A stretch of 41,212 nt of DNA from a bacterium. Its GTDB lineage: Bacteria > Patescibacteriota > Saccharimonadia > Saccharimonadales > Saccharimonadaceae. The position numbers and the translations under genes are program-made. Shown here piece by piece: positions 1-8,461 of the stretch; position 1 is the first letter of the stretch, and every line of letters starts with the position of its first letter. The DNA lies in the NCBI GenBank assembly GCA_021779755.1, contig JAJYAA010000001.1:1-41212 (forward strand), given 5' to 3'. The notes beneath the pieces were generated by a model. It worked only from the letters and a program-made list of their open reading frames with translations, was not told the DNA's origin and did not search any database.

Positions 1-1
1 C

Positions 2-1192
2 GCACAGCGCACAGAGCATAATCGCCGTCTGCGCGAAGGCCGCCGCAAGCTTCATGAAAATATGACCGACGCTAGGTTTCTTGGGTCTAAGGACAACGAG
101 AGGCTCCATGAGGCACAACATGAAGTTGACACAAACAAGAAGACTATCGAGGAGCGTTTGTCACGCGACCTAAGCGCCAAGATTCAATTAACCCCAGAGT
201 TACTTAACAAGGAGATGAAGCTACGAGTTATAGCAGACGAGTCTTCACTTCAAAAAGCAAGACTTGATCAAATTCACGAAGAGCTACGTGCCGGAAAAGT
301 CACCGATCACGGAGCCGCCCTTAATTCACTGGCGCAGCGGTCAGAGCTCGCAACGCGTGACCTTGCCATCAGCGCAATGGCCAACCAGCGCGCCAAAAAC
401 ACCCAACACGTACAGTTTGCTAAGGCACTCGTTGCAGATGAAGCCCTCCAGGCAGCCGCGGGTGGTATCGCCGAAAACGGTGCAAATGCGGCGCTTGCTA
501 GCTCAATTGATACCATGCGTAGCGACTACGGTAAGAGCATCGCTGAAGGTCGCGCCATTAATAAGCACTTCAACTTATCCGGCAAACAACGTCAAATGCA
601 CGCACTGGGCACAGAGTTCTCCGTTGAAGACGCCGACGGAAACAGAAGGACTTTCCGCGCTAGTGATGTATTTACTCGCGAAGCCGTAATAGAAGACCAG
701 ATCAATGGACAGGGTACCGTCGAACAAGCAACTGAGATAATCGTTAGGTCCGGTACGACTCTTTCCGACTTCAAAACTAGTATTTCGGCCGCTATGGTTA
801 GCAGCGGGTTTGGGGCAAAGACAATCTGGGGTGGCGGCAAAACGTACGATGATGTTGCCCAAGGCTCAATAGGCAGCATGGATGATATTAGGCGCGTAGC
901 TGCTGAGGCTATCGCAAAGGGAAAGATATCAGAATCCGACATTGCCAAAGCGGACGTCTACGGAGTCCAGATTATGGCAGAGCTTATGGACGACATACCT
1001 GCAACTAGGGCTCGAATCAAGGATCCCGAACTACAGGCAGGCTTCGACAAATATATACATGAGTTCTCCCAAAAGGCGCGCGAAGCACTTACTGGTGACG
1101 AAAAGGTTAACATCAAGACGAACGCTACTGAGCATATCTTAAAAATTGCTCGCCTAGACGATCCGACTTTCGACCCCAACGCCAAACATTAA
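2..1192 (+). CDS. hypothetical protein, C-terminal part (frame open to left window edge)
   Basis: The frame of ORF 62..1192 has no stop back to nt 2, and no RBS or -10 precedes ATG-62, so the gene probably starts upstream of the window. Ala/Gln/Glu-rich and helical-looking. No family recognised. Confidence 0.55.
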   Translation, partial: AQRTEHNRRLREGRRKLHENMTDARFLGSKDNERLHEAQHEVDTNKKTIEERLSRDLSAKIQLTPELLNKEMKLRVIADESSLQKARLDQIHEELRAGKVTDHGAALNSLAQRSELATRDLAISAMANQRAKNTQHVQFAKALVADEALQAAAGGIAENGANAALASSIDTMRSDYGKSIAEGRAINKHFNLSGKQRQMHALGTEFSVEDADGNRRTFRASDVFTREAVIEDQINGQGTVEQATEIIVRSGTTLSDFKTSISAAMVSSGFGAKTIWGGGKTYDDVAQGSIGSMDDIRRVAAEAIAKGKISESDIAKADVYGVQIMAELMDDIPATRARIKDPELQAGFDKYIHEFSQKAREALTGDEKVNIKTNATEHILKIARLDDPTFDPNAKH

Positions 1193-1197
1193 TGTAG

Positions 1198-1842
1198 CTA
1201 CAGGTGCCAGTCAGCTATAGAGATACGTCTTAACTCGTCACAATAGGCACCGACACCAAGAGCTTGCCCGATATCTCCTGCCAGGCTGCGTATATAAGTT
1301 CCGCTCCCAACATGTATCCGTATCTTGAGTTCGGGATAAGCATAACTCAATAAATCAATTGAGTACACTTGCACCGTACGCTCGGGAACTTCGAACTCCT
1401 TGCCCTCGCGCGCAAGCTTATAGGCGCGCTGTCCATTGACTTTAACTGCGCTATAGATTGGTGGGCGCTGGGTTATTTCGCCCTTGAATTGCTCAAGGAC
1501 AGCCGTAACCTCGCCAATACTCGGTACTTTACTGGATACTTCTGTAATTTCCCCTTCAGGATCACCGGTCGTGCTGGTTCGGCCTAGACGAATCGTGGCC
1601 TCGTAAACTTTGTCGAGTTTTAAAAATTCACCAGCTTTTTTACAGGCATCACCTTTTAGAATTATTAATAAACCCGTGGCGAATGGATCAAGCGTACCAG
1701 CATGACCAACTCGTAGTTGCTTTTTAGTCGGCTTTTCTCCTCTCGCGCGATATTCCGCCCGAATGCCACTACGAATTTTGGCTACTACATCAAAACTAGT
1801 CCAGCCGGCTGGTTTATCAATCAAAAGAATGTCGTCGTTCAT
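1198..1842 (-). CDS. truB: tRNA pseudouridine(55) synthase TruB
   Basis: N-terminus LLIDKPAGWTSFDVV and catalytic motif GHAGTLDPFATGLL. 214 aa. Confidence 0.9.
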   Translation of the reverse strand: MNDDILLIDKPAGWTSFDVVAKIRSGIRAEYRARGEKPTKKQLRVGHAGTLDPFATGLLIILKGDACKKAGEFLKLDKVYEATIRLGRTSTTGDPEGEITEVSSKVPSIGEVTAVLEQFKGEITQRPPIYSAVKVNGQRAYKLAREGKEFEVPERTVQVYSIDLLSYAYPELKIRIHVGSGTYIRSLAGDIGQALGVGAYCDELRRISIADWHL

Positions 1843-1849
1843 TCAATCG

Positions 1850-1855
1850 ATTATA
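1850..1855 (-). promoter_or_regulatory. -10 box TATAAT, 7 nt upstream of truB ATG (leaderless-type)
   Basis: Minus strand reads TATAAT-cgattga-ATG. No SD. Confidence 0.45.
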
Positions 1856-1857
1856 CT
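1852..1857 (+). promoter_or_regulatory. -10 box TATACT, 7 nt upstream of the PIG-L gene ATG (leaderless-type)
   Basis: Plus strand reads TATACT-aaagatt-ATG(1865). It overlaps the truB -10 on the opposite strand. Confidence 0.45.
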
Positions 1858-1864
1858 AAAGATT

Positions 1865-2551
1865 ATGAAGAAAATAATTTTTGGCGTTTTCGCCCATCCA
1901 GACGATGAAGCTTTCGGACCTAGCGGCACACTGTTGATGGAGACAAAAGCCGGCACTGAACTACACTTAATAACGCTAACCGTCGGCGATGCCGGCACTA
2001 ATCCAGATAACCACGCGGACCTCGGAGCTGTGCGTCTACAAGAATGGCAAGCAGCTGGCAAGTTAATTGGCGCTACTAGCATGCACTTTCTGGGCTACAA
2101 AGACGGTCAGCTCAATAATCAAGTGCTGATTGAAGCCGGGCACAAAATTGTCGAAATTGCTCAACAAATAATAGCCAAAGCCGGTCAAGATACCGAAATT
2201 GAATTCATGACCAGCGATCTAAACGGCATATCAGGCCATATCGACCACATCGTAGCCGCCAGGGCCGCTACTTGGGCTTTTTATAGCCTCAAGGCTAACG
2301 ACAAGCGCGTGACGCGCATCCGCCTAACCTGCATACCGCGTACGATGCTGCCAGAGTCTAATATCAATTGGCTGTACATGGAACCAGGCCGAACTGACGA
2401 CGAAATCGGCGAAACCGTCGATGCTCGTCATCTACGCAAAGAAATTATCGAAATCATGCGCACACATCATACTCAACGTGGCGACGGCGAAGGACATATC
2501 GAACGACGCGGCGACAGCCTGGGTATGAATTACTTCACAATCAAGACCTAG
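1865..2551 (+). CDS. PIG-L/LmbE family N-acetylglucosaminyl deacetylase
   Basis: MKKIIFGVFAHPDDEAFGPSG (the PIG-L AHPDDE motif) and later HIDH. Start moved from 1763 to ATG-1865 because the longer ORF overlaps truB and family members start just before the AHPDDE motif. Confidence 0.8.
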   Translation: MKKIIFGVFAHPDDEAFGPSGTLLMETKAGTELHLITLTVGDAGTNPDNHADLGAVRLQEWQAAGKLIGATSMHFLGYKDGQLNNQVLIEAGHKIVEIAQQIIAKAGQDTEIEFMTSDLNGISGHIDHIVAARAATWAFYSLKANDKRVTRIRLTCIPRTMLPESNINWLYMEPGRTDDEIGETVDARHLRKEIIEIMRTHHTQRGDGEGHIERRGDSLGMNYFTIKT

Positions 2552-2576
2552 CAGTTAGCAGTTAGAATATAGCGAG

Positions 2577-2638
2577 TAGAAGGTAGAAGATAGAGAGTAG
2601 CTGTTGGTAAGCAGCTATATTCTATCTACTACCTTCTA
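2577..2638. terminator. long imperfect hairpin between convergent genes (bidirectional terminator candidate)
   Basis: Arms tagaaggtagaagatagagagtagctg and gcagctatattctatctactaccttcta, with loop ttggtaa. Confidence 0.55.
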
Positions 2639-2643
2639 AAACC

Positions 2644-4329
2644 CTACTGTCCGGGTATTTTGAATTGACCCGGGTCGGCAGCAGGTGCATCGACTGGGGG
2701 CACCGACGGAGTCGTAGGTGCGACTGGTGCTTCGGGCGCCAAAATATCACCTAATCGCTCTGGCGGCGGCTGTACAGGGTCAAGGGCGTAAGCTGGTGAA
2801 ATCGTTGGCGGCGGCAACTGCGAAAAATCCGGTAGTGGTGGTGGTTGCGGTAGCGTCACGGCTACATTAGGCGCCACTGGCTGTGGGGCTGCGCCCAGAG
2901 CAGCTACGGCGGCATCACGGGCCGCACTGTCGCGGTTGTTGGCATCCAATTCGGCAAGGGTCGGGCTGCCGCTAAGTGGCTGAATAACCGTCTCGGCGGT
3001 CGACATTGGCTGATCGTCTACTGATGGTGTCGGACTGTCTGGTGTACCTGAAAAAATGTCGACACTGTCACTACCAGCTTCAGTTTGCTCGACGCTATTA
3101 ATTGGCGCATTGTAAGTTGGCGTACTGCTGAGATATGAGTGAGACAAAATGGTCTTGTTTTTATCATCTTCTTCTTCGCGACGAGAATCATCGGCAGCCT
3201 GTTCAGTTGTCGCATTCAACGTGCCGCCTAGTGACGGCTCGGCAACGGGCGTTGATGATGTTGGTTGCCAATCTATGCCACCGCTCGCTGGCTGTTCTGG
3301 TGCGTATGCACCGACTGGCTGTTGAGGTGTTATGGTTGGGCTAGCCTGACTAACTTGCTCAGCTAGAGCCTGTTCGGCCTCCTCGGCAGCTGCCTGCTGA
3401 TCCTGAACTTTGACACTATTAGCGATGTCTTCGAGCGTTTCGCCCTGACCATGTGCAATATTTAAACCACCATCGGCTGGCTTGGCTGGCTCGTCGGATG
3501 AGATTTTAGTTGGCGATTCCGTAATTGCAGCACCGCTATCAGATGTCGCTAGTTGTCCGATCTCATGCGATTCCTGTAGCTTAGCGGCAATCAACTGCTG
3601 ATCGGCGCCGGCTGCCATCAACTGCGCAGCAACCGTCATAACCTTTGATGAAGTCTTGGTGTTGCTGAATCGATCTGTCGAAGCCACAATACCGGTCAAT
3701 AATGCCGTAGCTGTTTGCTTGTCGAGTAACGGTTTGTCTTTGTCTGATTTAAGAGCCTCCACGACGCTAACCAACATCTCACACAGACTACTCGCCTGCT
3801 CGTCGCGCCAGTCAATACTACCAAGTTGACTCGCCTGCTCGCCGGCACTCAGCGTCACAACGGCCGCATCGTGCAATATTTTGCCATGCGATTCTAGCGC
3901 CTGGTCTAGGTGGTCTTGATTATCAACACCCAGTGCCATCACGAGGTCGACATTATAATCACCTTGGCTAAACTCTAAGTCGTCACTCGTAATTGTTGTA
4001 CGATACGGCGTAATAAAGATCTTTACGACATCGCCTTCGACTTTATAACGTAAATGGTCGGCCTTTTCCTTGTCGAGGGCGATGATAAAGTCGCGCAAGC
4101 TATCAGTTGTTGCTTCAAATGTCTTCTCTGGGTCTAGAAAAGTAATCGCTGGCGGAATTGCACCACTAAAGACCGCTGTTGCGTGTTTATCTAACTTATT
4201 AAGCATCAGCGTCAAGCCAAGCGCTGCCGACAAAGCGTCAACCGACGGGTCGCTACTAACTGTAACCAATATATTGGTTGAGCTCTTTATCTTTTCGACA
4301 ACTTGCTGCTTGATTTTAACGTCGTTCAT
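2644..4329 (-). CDS. DHH/NrnA-like domain protein with degenerate catalytic motifs and a long disordered Pro/Ala/Gln-rich C-terminal tail
   Basis: The N-terminal ~250 aa align by eye to the DHH phosphoesterase layout (ILVTVSSDPSVDALSAALGL; ALLTGIVASTDRFS), but the DHH triad position reads LSA. The C-terminal ~300 aa are low complexity. Confidence 0.6.
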   Translation of the reverse strand: MNDVKIKQQVVEKIKSSTNILVTVSSDPSVDALSAALGLTLMLNKLDKHATAVFSGAIPPAITFLDPEKTFEATTDSLRDFIIALDKEKADHLRYKVEGDVVKIFITPYRTTITSDDLEFSQGDYNVDLVMALGVDNQDHLDQALESHGKILHDAAVVTLSAGEQASQLGSIDWRDEQASSLCEMLVSVVEALKSDKDKPLLDKQTATALLTGIVASTDRFSNTKTSSKVMTVAAQLMAAGADQQLIAAKLQESHEIGQLATSDSGAAITESPTKISSDEPAKPADGGLNIAHGQGETLEDIANSVKVQDQQAAAEEAEQALAEQVSQASPTITPQQPVGAYAPEQPASGGIDWQPTSSTPVAEPSLGGTLNATTEQAADDSRREEEDDKNKTILSHSYLSSTPTYNAPINSVEQTEAGSDSVDIFSGTPDSPTPSVDDQPMSTAETVIQPLSGSPTLAELDANNRDSAARDAAVAALGAAPQPVAPNVAVTLPQPPPLPDFSQLPPPTISPAYALDPVQPPPERLGDILAPEAPVAPTTPSVPPVDAPAADPGQFKIPGQ

Positions 4330-4425
4330 ATTTTTTCCTAGGGTTTTTGGTTTTATTCTAGAGTGCTAGAGTTTGATGTCACTATACCATAAGTATTTTG
4401 GCTGCGTCAATAACTAACTCACCTC

Positions 4426-4454
4426 TTTACAAGTTGCCGGTTTTCCTCTATAAT
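4426..4454 (+). promoter_or_regulatory. sigma-70 type promoter of rpsT (TTTACA-17-TATAAT)
   Basis: Exact 17-nt spacing. A ~45-nt leader carries SD aaagaggtaaagga before ATG-4500. Confidence 0.6.
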
Positions 4455-4499
4455 TACCCGTTGATTGTATCTATTATTTTAAAGAGGTAAAGGAAAATT

Positions 4500-4919
4500 A
4501 TGCCAATCATCAAATCAGCCATTAAACGAGCCAAGCAAACGATCAAACGTCGTGAGCGCAATGTTGGCATAAAGCACGATATCAAGACCGCTGTTAAGGC
4601 CTTTAACGCCAAGCCATCAGCTGAAACTCTGAGCGCTGCTCACAGCGAAATCGACACTGCTGTCAAAAAGAACCTTCTAAAGAAAAACACCGCTGCTCGC
4701 CGCAAGGCTCAATTGGCAAAAATCGCCAAAGACGCCGGTGTAAAGCTTGCTACTGGCAAGAAAACCGCTCCTAAAGCCCCTACAGCCCCTAAGTCAGCTC
4801 CTAAGGCCGCAGCAGTAGTAAAGACTGCTCCTAAAGCAGCCGCAAAGCCAGCCGCAGCTAAACCTGCCACTAAAAAGCCAGTTGCTAAAAAAGCCCCAGC
4901 CAAGAAAACTACTAAATAG
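4500..4919 (+). CDS. rpsT: 30S ribosomal protein S20 with Lys/Ala/Pro-rich C-terminal extension
   Basis: MPIIKSAIKRAKQTIKRRERN is the canonical S20 N-terminus. 139 aa, versus roughly 85-90 aa for typical S20. Confidence 0.9.
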   Translation: MPIIKSAIKRAKQTIKRRERNVGIKHDIKTAVKAFNAKPSAETLSAAHSEIDTAVKKNLLKKNTAARRKAQLAKIAKDAGVKLATGKKTAPKAPTAPKSAPKAAAVVKTAPKAAAKPAAAKPATKKPVAKKAPAKKTTK

Positions 4920-4940
4920 TTTTTAGTCAGCCAAATTAAT

Positions 4941-4968
4941 AACCTCCCGTAGCGGAGGTTATTTTATT
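4941..4968 (+). terminator. rho-independent terminator after rpsT
   Basis: Stem aacctcc/ggaggtt with a 6-nt loop, followed by attttatt. Confidence 0.7.
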
Positions 4969-4986
4969 ACAAGGAATACTACAGTG

Positions 4987-5892
4987 TCAGATCGAGGCGA
5001 CCTGTTGCAAAGCACGCTCAATCAGCAACCATGGATCGGCCCGCGATAACTTCATATCATCATCGGCGGCGGCAAAGATCTTGATAATCTTGCGCGCACC
5101 ACCCCTACCGAGCTTGTTGGCGCTCGATTTAAGTTTCGAAACAGCATAAGGATGAATCCCGAAGTCTTTTGCCGTGTCGTCAGCTTGACCCGATACGGCA
5201 ACCGCCGCCAGCTGAAAAGCTTGACCAGATAATAGAGCAAACAGTCTAAACGGATCCTCGGATTGTTCAATCACCGATAGCATCGCCTGCAGCCTAACTC
5301 GATCACCACTTAGAGCAGCTTCGAACAAATTAAAGACATTTTCGGTTGGACTAGCGTCAATTACTGATTCAATAACCGTTGGAGTTACTGCGTCAACTAA
5401 TGATAACTTCTGGACCGCATTGTATAGCTGCCACTGATTAACACCAACTCGCGCAACAACCAGCTGCGCACTTTTTTTATCCAGCTTAAGCCCTAGCTTC
5501 TGCGCCTCGTCGATTATCCAATCGGTTGCCTTGCTAGTGTCGCGATCGCTCCACTCAAGGCATTCAATAACCTTGACACCTTTTTTTAGCGCCTTATATG
5601 TCGCCGTACGCTTATCAAGTTTTGGTTCAACTAGTACTAGGTCGATATCGCTCGAAACACGTTCTAGCCAGTCGCCTAACCCAGACCAGACTTCTCTACT
5701 CTCCGACAAATCCTTGACTATGATTAACCTCTTATCGGCAAATAAACTGACGCCCATCAACAGGTCTGGTAGTTGTCGCAGTTCCAGCCGCGCGCCGTCC
5801 ACCCGCTCGGCCTCGCCGTCAAAGTCGGACACCAGGCGCTCTAAAGTGCGCTCAATTTCGAAGGCATTATCACCAGTCAGTAGCGTTATCAT
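4987..5892 (-). CDS. holA: DNA polymerase III subunit delta
   Basis: MITLLTGDNAFEIERTL... has the typical HolA N-terminus and length. The track start at 5931 is TTG inside mutM; ATG-5892 is preferred (see -10 at 5899..5904). Confidence 0.8.
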   Translation of the reverse strand: MITLLTGDNAFEIERTLERLVSDFDGEAERVDGARLELRQLPDLLMGVSLFADKRLIIVKDLSESREVWSGLGDWLERVSSDIDLVLVEPKLDKRTATYKALKKGVKVIECLEWSDRDTSKATDWIIDEAQKLGLKLDKKSAQLVVARVGVNQWQLYNAVQKLSLVDAVTPTVIESVIDASPTENVFNLFEAALSGDRVRLQAMLSVIEQSEDPFRLFALLSGQAFQLAAVAVSGQADDTAKDFGIHPYAVSKLKSSANKLGRGGARKIIKIFAAADDDMKLSRADPWLLIERALQQVASI

Positions 5893-5898
5893 ATTTAT

Positions 5899-5904
5899 AG
5901 TATA
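5899..5904 (-). promoter_or_regulatory. -10 box TATACT, 6 nt upstream of holA ATG
   Basis: Minus strand reads TATACT-ataaat-ATG(5892), located just after the mutM stop. Confidence 0.4.
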
Positions 5905-5906
5905 GC

Positions 5907-6773
5907 TTAGAGTTTTTGGCAGTGCGGACAAATGTGCGTGCCGCGTCCAGCTGCCTTAAACTTGATTATTACAGCGCCACAACGTGGACATTCCTGGCCT
6001 TCGCGCCTGAACACGCGCGCAAAGTCCATGTAGCGACCCTTTTCACCTTCGGCATTGATGTAAGTCTGGTTGCTACTGCCGCCCTTATCAATCGCCAGAT
6101 TCATAACTGTGCGTAAATCGGTATATAACAGATCAAACTCTCGAGGCCTGATATCTCTCACTAAGCGTTTTGGGTGAATCTTTGCACCCCATAAACTCTC
6201 ATCAGCATAAATGTTACCGACGCCAGCTACGACCGATTGGTCCAACAGAGCTGCCTTTATACTAGTGCCGGCGCGCCGCTTAAACCGAGCGACAAACTCG
6301 CTAGGTGTAAAGTCGGCTTCGAGCGGTTCGGGACCAACCTTTTTCATAAAGTCGATATTCGGGACCTCGACCGTCGGCATTAAGCGCATCCAGCCAAACT
6401 TACGCTGATCGTTAAAGAATAACTTCGTCTCGTCTGTAAACGTCAAACTGACGCGTGTCGATTTGTCTGGTAAATGATTGATCAAACTGTCATTCGGGTG
6501 GCCAGCACCAAACCGCTGTTCCCCCACAAACACCAACTGACCTGTCATTTTGAGATGAACAACTAACGTGTAGTCGGTCGACAGGTCGATCATCAGAACT
6601 TTGGCGCGCCGTCGTATGTTAGTTACGGTTGCGCCAACCAAAAAGGCCTCGACATCATGCTTGGCATTAGGGAAGCTCTTTGGATTATCACTATCAACAG
6701 CTTTAACGACGCGGCCAATAATAAGCCGGTGGAGGCCTCTACGAACCGTCTCGACTTCTGGCAGCTCAGGCAT
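5907..6773 (-). CDS. mutM: formamidopyrimidine-DNA glycosylase (Fpg/MutM)
   Basis: MPELPEVETVRRGL N-terminus (catalytic Pro2) and C-terminal C4 zinc finger CPRCGAVI...CPHCQ. Start set at ATG-6773 so that Pro is residue 2; the ORF-track start at 6779 adds MI. Confidence 0.9.
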   Translation of the reverse strand: MPELPEVETVRRGLHRLIIGRVVKAVDSDNPKSFPNAKHDVEAFLVGATVTNIRRRAKVLMIDLSTDYTLVVHLKMTGQLVFVGEQRFGAGHPNDSLINHLPDKSTRVSLTFTDETKLFFNDQRKFGWMRLMPTVEVPNIDFMKKVGPEPLEADFTPSEFVARFKRRAGTSIKAALLDQSVVAGVGNIYADESLWGAKIHPKRLVRDIRPREFDLLYTDLRTVMNLAIDKGGSSNQTYINAEGEKGRYMDFARVFRREGQECPRCGAVIIKFKAAGRGTHICPHCQKL

Positions 6774-7347
6774 TATCATCTTTCAATAACTTTGCCAAAT
6801 CAGCCCGCGCTTCGGTTGTATCGGTAAATAAAATCGACTTCATACCAGCCCTGCTTGCTCCTTCGACGTTTTCGAGTACGTCATCAATCATGATACATTC
6901 TGAAACATCCACGCCTAAACGATGAGCTGCGATCTCGAATATTTCGATTGCCGGCTTGACAACACCTTCCTCGCCCGAAAGTACGACCGCGTCAAACAGC
7001 TGTGTCCGCTCCTGTTTTGGAATGTAATCGTCCATCCGCCACACACTCACGTTACTCAGGAGGCCAATCTTGTGCTCACCTTGTCGTTTCAGCTCGCTCA
7101 CCCAATCAAAGGCTGCCTGGTTGCGCATACGATTATTCCAATAGCGAGCTTGGAATTGCTTGATACCTAATCCAGTAATTTCGGCAGCCTGTTGGTTGTA
7201 CTCATCACGCGTCATGTAGCCATAGTCTGCCTGCATTGCAATATCCTTGATATCAGCCTTTTTGTCAGGAAAGTCGCGTATTAACTGGTCTGTCGTGGGC
7301 ACGACCAGTACCCCAAAACAATCAAATATTATTGCCTTTATCGCCAT
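6766..7347 (-). CDS. HAD-superfamily hydrolase (subfamily IA-like)
   Basis: Motif I IIFDCFGVLV, with later motifs LLSN and IDD. SD GGGGGAGG lies 7 nt upstream. Confidence 0.8.
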   Translation of the reverse strand: MAIKAIIFDCFGVLVVPTTDQLIRDFPDKKADIKDIAMQADYGYMTRDEYNQQAAEITGLGIKQFQARYWNNRMRNQAAFDWVSELKRQGEHKIGLLSNVSVWRMDDYIPKQERTQLFDAVVLSGEEGVVKPAIEIFEIAAHRLGVDVSECIMIDDVLENVEGASRAGMKSILFTDTTEARADLAKLLKDDNA

Positions 7348-7375
7348 CGAACTACCTCCCCCATGTTTATGTTTG

Positions 7376-7981
7376 TTATAAATCTATCTTGCGCACTATA
7401 TCACTAGCACCCGGAATCTGACTCTGGAATAGAGCACTCAGTTGATCAACACTGGCATCTAGGGATCCTTTTGAGCCACGGCAGGTTGACGTCCATAAGC
7501 TCTCGACAGACTTGCCGGCTTTCATAATCGTAAACTGGTACACTTGTCCAGTTGCACAAATCCCCCTCGTGTCATTATTGTCACCTGTTAGCTCAACGCC
7601 TTTTGCTAAGTTAGCTCGCTCTAGTGAATAAACAAATTCCTCATATGCCGGTATGTTGTTGCCAAGCGCAATCTCATCAACCTTCTTGTCCAAATAACCG
7701 GTGTAGGTCGTCAGTACGCGACTAGATGGCGTGATCGTAATTTGGTATGACCGAAATTGCTCATCCGCTACAATTGAACCGCGCACCGTCATGCGAACCG
7801 CCCGATCGGCATCGGTGTTCAATAGAGCCTGACGGCTAACATCGGTCTGTGACACCGTAGAAGTAGAATTACTATTAAAGAACACAATCCGCGTTAGCGA
7901 TACAAGCGCCGCAACCGCAATAGCAATGATGATCAAGACTAGAGCGATAGGAAAGATGCGTGAGTTTCTATAGTTTGCCAT
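7376..7981 (-). CDS. membrane-anchored hypothetical protein
   Basis: N-terminal TM helix IFPIALVLIIIAIAVAALV, then a ~160-aa extracytoplasmic domain with two Cys. No family recognised. Confidence 0.6.
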   Translation of the reverse strand: MANYRNSRIFPIALVLIIIAIAVAALVSLTRIVFFNSNSTSTVSQTDVSRQALLNTDADRAVRMTVRGSIVADEQFRSYQITITPSSRVLTTYTGYLDKKVDEIALGNNIPAYEEFVYSLERANLAKGVELTGDNNDTRGICATGQVYQFTIMKAGKSVESLWTSTCRGSKGSLDASVDQLSALFQSQIPGASDIVRKIDL

Positions 7982-7987
7982 AACTAT

Positions 7988-8016
7988 ATAGTAGTATCTT
8001 TAATAGATTTCGTCAA
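7988..8016 (-). promoter_or_regulatory. promoter TTGACG-17-TACTAT, 6 nt upstream of ATG-7981 (leaderless-type)
   Basis: Minus strand reads TTGACG aaatctattaaagatac TACTAT atagtt ATG. Confidence 0.5.
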
Positions 8017-8017
8017 C

Positions 8018-8461
8018 CTACGACAACGCGCCCGTACTACCCATACCTCCGTCATCACGGTCAGTTACGCCCAGGGTTTCAACCAGTTGCCACGCCACAT
8101 GCTCATATCTAGACACCACCATTTGAGCAACGCGCATATTCGGTTCAATCGTAAACGCCTCGGTGCCGAGATTGATAACCAAAATAAATATCTCTCCCCT
8201 GTAGTCCGCGTCAATTGTGCCGACGCCGTTCACCATCGTGATACCGTGTTTAATCGACAAGCCACTACGCGCCCTGATCTGCGCCTCATAGCCGACAGGC
8301 AGCTCGATCGCAAGGCCAGTTGCAATCATCGCACGCTCCTGTGGCTGAATGGTTTGCGGTTGGTCAATACAAGCACATAGGTCCATACCGGCTGCGCTAT
8401 CTGTTTGATAGGCGGGCAAAATTGCCTGCTCTTTTAATCGCATCAGTTTAACGTCTAGCAC
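8018..8461 (-). CDS. dut: dUTP diphosphatase
   Basis: LDVKLMRL...LPAYQTDSAAGMDL, RSGLSIKHG, IDADYRGE. The GTG start abuts the polA stop; the N-terminus aligns with E. coli Dut IDVKIL. Confidence 0.9.
   Translation of the reverse strand: MLDVKLMRLKEQAILPAYQTDSAAGMDLCACIDQPQTIQPQERAMIATGLAIELPVGYEAQIRARSGLSIKHGITMVNGVGTIDADYRGEIFILVINLGTEAFTIEPNMRVAQMVVSRYEHVAWQLVETLGVTDRDDGGMGSTGALS

Noticed and set aside
264-1185. Several 60-140-aa ORFs on both strands nested inside the 62..1192 ORF.
   Set aside because: They are shadow ORFs inside a longer ORF with coherent protein-like composition. They have no start signals, and their low-complexity Ala/Ser/Pro translations are typical of out-of-frame readings.
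1763-1864. Long N-terminal extensions offered by the ORF track for several genes: 1763 for PIG-L, 5931 for holA, 11014 for polA, 28390 for the ABC ATPase, 35154 for the amidinotransferase-fold gene and 36128 for the acidic ORF.
   Set aside because: The extensions overlap neighbouring genes or begin at GTG or TTG without signals. In contrast, the internal ATGs are preceded by an SD or a correctly spaced -10, and they restore the normal family N-termini.
2551-2576. Tandem gcagttag-cagttag direct repeat after the PIG-L stop.
   Set aside because: It consists of two short copies only, next to the terminator hairpin, and is most simply part of the terminator context.
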